Assembly: GCA_038534095.1 (NCBI GenBank)
Contig: JBCAXK010000052.1
Span: 1 to 10,084 of the forward strand
Source of the DNA: Chlamydiota bacterium
GTDB taxonomy: Bacteria > Chlamydiota > Chlamydiia > Chlamydiales > SM23-39
DNA: 10,084 nucleotides
Direction of reading: 5' to 3'
How positions within the stretch are numbered: the stretch's first letter is position 1; each line of letters opens with the position of its first letter. A model generated the notes under the pieces. The model saw only the letters and a program-made list of their open reading frames with translations, did no database searches and was not told the origin of the DNA. Made by a program: the position numbers and the translations under genes. Below, piece after piece: positions 6,934-10,084 of the stretch.

Positions 6934-8412
6934 ATGGATACGTCCCCAAAGGTCTATACAAGGGAAGGGGTCGAAGCGTTAGAAAAAAGCGCTAACGACT
7001 CAGAAAAGGAGCTGATGCAAAAAGCTGGGGCTCTTATTGCAAAAGCGATCTCTAGAAAAAATGCCCAGAACCTGCCCTTGCTATTTTTGATAGGACCAGG
7101 AAAAAATGGGCAAGATGGCTTAGAAGCGGCTCTGTTGCTCAAGGAGCAAGGCCATGACCCTACCCTATTTGTGCATGAAAAGACCCTTTCTTGGAGCAAA
7201 AAGGGGAAGCGCTATCAGAAGATCGAGTCTTTTTACCCCCTCTCTTTTGCGATAGAAGCGATGCGCTCTTCCTCCTATTTCATCGTCGACGCTCTTTTAG
7301 GTATGGGGTGCACAAGACCTTGTAGCGATCTTTTGCTTGAGATCGTACAAAGTGTCAACGCTTCTGGCAATCCCGTGCTATCTGTAGATCTTCCAAGCGG
7401 CTTAAACAGCGATACGGGGGAAGTCCTTTCTGATGCGATCCAAGCGACTTGGACGATATGTCTAGGAGCTTACAAAGTGGGGCTCTTTTTCCAAAAAGGG
7501 ATAGAAAAACGGGGTCTGTTAGAGCTTGGCGAAATCGATCTTCCCCTCGAAAAAGGAACGCCTATCTACCGTCTTGTAGAAAAAGATTTTGTAAAAACTT
7601 TTCTTCCAAATATCCCAAAAACTCGGAATAAGTATGACGCGGGTCTTGTTCTCGGATTTGCAGGATCGGGCGCGATGATGGGAGCAGCTGCTCTTGCTAG
7701 TAAAGCTGCGCTCCGGTCGGGGGCGGGGCTTGTTAGGCTGTACCACGGCACATCCCACTTAGCCCCCTTTCCCCCAGAAGTGATGGCAGAGCCTTGGAAA
7801 AATGGCTTGTGGGAGTCTTGTTTATCCCGCGCAAAGTCGGTATTTATCGGTCCTGGGATAGGAAGGGGAGAAGAGGCGCAAGATCTTTTGGGCAAGGTGC
7901 TTGCCTCTTGGCAAGGCCCGCTCGTCCTCGACGCTGACGCGCTGTTTCTTCTGAAAGATTCTTGGGAAAAGGTGCCTCGAGACTCGATACTCACGCCCCA
8001 CGAAGGAGAAGCAAAGCGGTTTTTTCATCAAAAAGAACAAGTATCTACTTTTCGTTTTCACGAAACAATTGGCGCCTTTGCTGCTCAAAGAGCGGCGTAT
8101 GTTCTTCTGAAAGGGGCCCCCACGGTTTTGTTCTCTCCAAAGGGAACGCCTCATCTCATCGATCGGGGATCTCCAGGATCGGCTACAGCTGGCTCAGGCG
8201 ACGTGCTCACTGGAGTGGTTGCCGCCCTTTTAGCGCAAGGCGCCTCTCAGAAAGCCTGTGAGTTTTCTTATGCCCAGAAGGCGGCTCTTTTTGGCGCTTT
8301 TTTACACGCTATTGCAGGAGAGCTGGCTGCTAAGGAGAAAACAGTTTATGGGGTACTTGCTTCTGACATTGTAGAAAAGATTCCCAAAGCCTATCAAAGC
8401 CTACTTTCTTAA
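6934..8412 (+). CDS. nnr: Bifunctional NAD(P)H-hydrate epimerase / ADP-dependent dehydratase (YjeF/Nnr)
   Basis: N-terminal YjeF_N domain (LMQKAG, GPGKNGQDG, VDALLGMG, SVDLPSG) and C-terminal carbohydrate-kinase-like domain (GAAALASKAALRSGAGLV, IGPGIG, LDADAL, LTPHEGE, LKG, ATAGSGDVLTG, H..AGE). The ATG directly follows the gpsA TAG. Confidence 0.95.
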   Translation: MDTSPKVYTREGVEALEKSANDSEKELMQKAGALIAKAISRKNAQNLPLLFLIGPGKNGQDGLEAALLLKEQGHDPTLFVHEKTLSWSKKGKRYQKIESFYPLSFAIEAMRSSSYFIVDALLGMGCTRPCSDLLLEIVQSVNASGNPVLSVDLPSGLNSDTGEVLSDAIQATWTICLGAYKVGLFFQKGIEKRGLLELGEIDLPLEKGTPIYRLVEKDFVKTFLPNIPKTRNKYDAGLVLGFAGSGAMMGAAALASKAALRSGAGLVRLYHGTSHLAPFPPEVMAEPWKNGLWESCLSRAKSVFIGPGIGRGEEAQDLLGKVLASWQGPLVLDADALFLLKDSWEKVPRDSILTPHEGEAKRFFHQKEQVSTFRFHETIGAFAAQRAAYVLLKGAPTVLFSPKGTPHLIDRGSPGSATAGSGDVLTGVVAALLAQGASQKACEFSYAQKAALFGAFLHAIAGELAAKEKTVYGVLASDIVEKIPKAYQSLLS

Positions 8413-8734
8413 ATTTGGCGCCTAAGATAGGGGCTAACATCGATTGATGGAGGCTTCTTGGAAAAAATCTCTGGTCGGTATGACCGCCTCAAGAGGTCTT
8501 GTAATTTTGGAGAATAAGAGTGCCTAGTATTTCATGCATTTTCCCTGAAATCTTTTCGGTGAAGGCTCTGCTTAGTAGAGGAAAAAATGGGTATCTACGC
8601 CCATCATCACGCAAAACCTCAGGAAGGAGATCCGCCAACCCCCTTTCTAGAAAGAGCTTTTGATTCCTGGTAGAATTTTTGTTGGTTCATAGTTTAACGA
8701 GAGAACGGCTAAGTGATCTCTTCTATAGATAACC

Positions 8735-9742
8735 CTAATTGTCTCTTGCTGAAAACGTGGGGATTGATTGTTTTTTGAACGCTTTCATCCAATTGGTGAA
8801 GCGTAGAATCCCCTCTTCGAAAGATACTTTTGGACAATAGCCTAGCTCACTTTGCGCTTTTGCAATATTTGCGTAGGTTTTCTGCGTTTCTCCTTTTGCA
8901 TGGGCCTGGAATTGGATCATCGCTTTTTTATTCAGCGACTTTTCTAGCAACAAGACAAGATATTCTACCGAAACAGGCCGGCTACTGCCCAAGTTATAGA
9001 GGGAGAAACTCCCCTCATCCCGTTTTGTAAGAGCAGAGTCTTGATCAAGAGCTTGCAAGGTTCCCATGACGATATCGTCGATGTAGGTAAAATCCCGTTC
9101 CATCTTACCCATAGCATGTAAAGTGATCGGTTTTTCTTCCAAAATACTCTGCGCAAAATGGAAGTAGGCCATATCGGGTCTTCCCCAAGGTCCATAGACA
9201 GTGAAGTATCGCAGGCCACATAAGGAGAGTTTGTAGAGGTGGTGGTAACTAGCTGCCAGCACTTCTGCGCACCTTTTCGTGGCTGCGTACAAATTGGCCG
9301 GATTTTCTACGGGGTGTTCCTCAGAAAAAGGGAAAGTGTTATTATGCCCATATACAGAAGAGGACGACGCGTAAACAAGACGAATATCGGGCCGCTCTTT
9401 GATCGCTTCTAATATCGCAACGAATCCTCGTAAATTTGCATGCACATAAGGATCGGGATTATTGAAGGACTCTCTTACACCTGCCTGCGCTGCCAAATGC
9501 AACACATGGGTGATTTTGTATTTCTCGATGTATTTCTTTACAATCTGCGTATCGCAAATGTCGGCAGGAAAAATCGGAATATCTAGATCTTCTAAGAGTT
9601 TTTGCCTCTCTTTTTTGAGTAAAAAAGAAGCGCCCTTCGAAAAGGAGTCGATGCCAACCACGAAATCGCCACGTCGCTTCATCATAGCAGCGCTATGATA
9701 TCCAATAAAACCTGCGCATCCTGTAACGAGAATAGACTTCAT
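8735..9742 (-). CDS. NAD-dependent nucleotide-sugar epimerase, UDP-glucuronate 4-epimerase-like (extended SDR)
   Basis: ILVTGCAGFIG, HLAAQAGVR, YASSSSVYG, YAATK (YxxxK), LRYFTVYGPWGRPDMAYF and RDFTYIDDIV are the typical motif set of the UDP-GlcA 4-epimerase subgroup. Confidence 0.92.
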   Translation of the reverse strand: MKSILVTGCAGFIGYHSAAMMKRRGDFVVGIDSFSKGASFLLKKERQKLLEDLDIPIFPADICDTQIVKKYIEKYKITHVLHLAAQAGVRESFNNPDPYVHANLRGFVAILEAIKERPDIRLVYASSSSVYGHNNTFPFSEEHPVENPANLYAATKRCAEVLAASYHHLYKLSLCGLRYFTVYGPWGRPDMAYFHFAQSILEEKPITLHAMGKMERDFTYIDDIVMGTLQALDQDSALTKRDEGSFSLYNLGSSRPVSVEYLVLLLEKSLNKKAMIQFQAHAKGETQKTYANIAKAQSELGYCPKVSFEEGILRFTNWMKAFKKQSIPTFSARDN

Positions 9743-9748
9743 AAGTAG

Positions 9749-9777
9749 ACATTAACATAAAAGAAAGATAACGGCAA
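9749..9777 (-). promoter_or_regulatory. Putative sigma70/sigma66 promoter of the epimerase gene
   Basis: Minus strand reads TTGCCG (9777-9772), a 17-nt spacer ending in TGt, then TAATGT (9754-9749), 6 nt, and ATG (9742). This gives canonical spacing plus an extended -10 TG. Confidence 0.5.
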
Positions 9778-9793
9778 AAAGTAGGATCAAGTA

Positions 9794-9815
9794 GGGTGCG
9801 ATTAAAAGTGCGGGG
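9794..9815. repeat. Putative right terminal inverted repeat of the IS
   Basis: GGGTGCGATTAAAAGTGCGGGG on the + strand, 8 bp beyond the transposase stop. It resembles GGGTG-starting ends I recall for this IS group. The partner IR is outside the window, so the boundary and length are inferred. Confidence 0.6.
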
Positions 9816-9823
9816 AATTTATT

Positions 9824-10084
9824 CTATGAGTTTTTCCAGTATTCGTCCCAAAGGTGGTTTGCTCTACAAGTTCTAAGATGAATCATATTCTTAGCATTTT
9901 CTAAGGTCCACCAAGCCCCAGGTAGCTTGAGCCTATTCTGTAGAACATGGCGGTGTGCGCTTTCAATTTCACCGGAGCCTATCGGGAGACTCTTTTCTTC
10001 AGCTCCTTTGTAATCTAAATAATTCAGCCGATTCTTGAGGTAACGGTAACACGCTCTAACTGGAGCATCGGCATCCGTTTTCTC
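9824..10084 (-). CDS. ISKra4-family transposase, C-terminal 86 aa (partial, start outside window)
   Basis: Manual translation from 10084: EKTDADAPVRACYRYLKNRLNYLDYKGAEEKSLPIGSGEIESAHRHVLQNRLKLPGAWWTLENAKNMIHLRTCRANHLWDEYWKNS*. It contains the Y..N....LDY / LPIGSG.IES / RLK..GA.W motifs, including the catalytic Glu region. Not in the supplied ORF track. Confidence 0.92.
   Translation of the reverse strand, partial: EKTDADAPVRACYRYLKNRLNYLDYKGAEEKSLPIGSGEIESAHRHVLQNRLKLPGAWWTLENAKNMIHLRTCRANHLWDEYWKNS

Larger units (their letters stand above)
9794..10084 (-). mobile_element. Right end of an ISKra4-family (Mutator-like DDE) insertion sequence, continuing beyond the window
   Basis: The transposase C-terminus (9824-10084) is followed within 30 bp by a GGG-terminated sequence that looks like a terminal inverted repeat. 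Confidence 0.85.

Noticed and set aside
8587..8673. HHH peptide as a histidine-operon attenuator leader
   Set aside because: It has only three His codons, no terminator/antiterminator pair, and no co-oriented downstream gene (the next gene is convergent).
3415..9698. Numerous overlapping or antisense ORFs in the track (e.g. 3941-4420, 6271-6591, 7566-7994, 7822-8154, 7962-8261, 8965-9219)
   Set aside because: They are shadows of well-supported genes, with no motifs or translation signals of their own.
1..10084. tRNA, rRNA, tmRNA, CRISPR array or tandem DNA repeats
   Set aside because: No cloverleaf or T-loop motifs, rRNA-like segments or regularly spaced direct repeats were seen in any intergenic region by eye. 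The LRR repeats are diverged at the DNA level.

Overview
Bacterial chromosomal window, most likely from an environmental member of the Chlamydiota. This is inferred from ruvC-ruvA without an adjacent ruvB, a eukaryote-type UDP-GlcNAc pyrophosphorylase directly upstream of gpsA, and a host-interaction-type LRR gene. From left to right it holds: a 5'-damaged or split leucine-rich-repeat gene; a ~460 bp intergenic region; a small DUF6314-like gene; the ruvC-ruvA pair on the minus strand; a divergent, tightly coupled five-gene operon (heptosyltransferase II-like GT9, a second divergent GT9, a miniaturised UAP/UDPGP-family nucleotidyltransferase, gpsA, nnr); a convergent UDP-glucuronate 4-epimerase-like SDR; and, at the right edge, the 3' end of an ISKra4-type transposase with its terminal inverted repeat, which the ORF track missed. 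No rRNA, tRNA or CRISPR array was seen. Most of the content is housekeeping or envelope biosynthesis, and I cannot support a claim of a wholly new system. The best leads are the GT9-GT9-mini-UAP envelope-glycan module with altered motifs, the repeat-rich divergent ruvC/waaF intergenic region, apparently leaderless transcription-unit starts, and the IS insertion next to the epimerase promoter.
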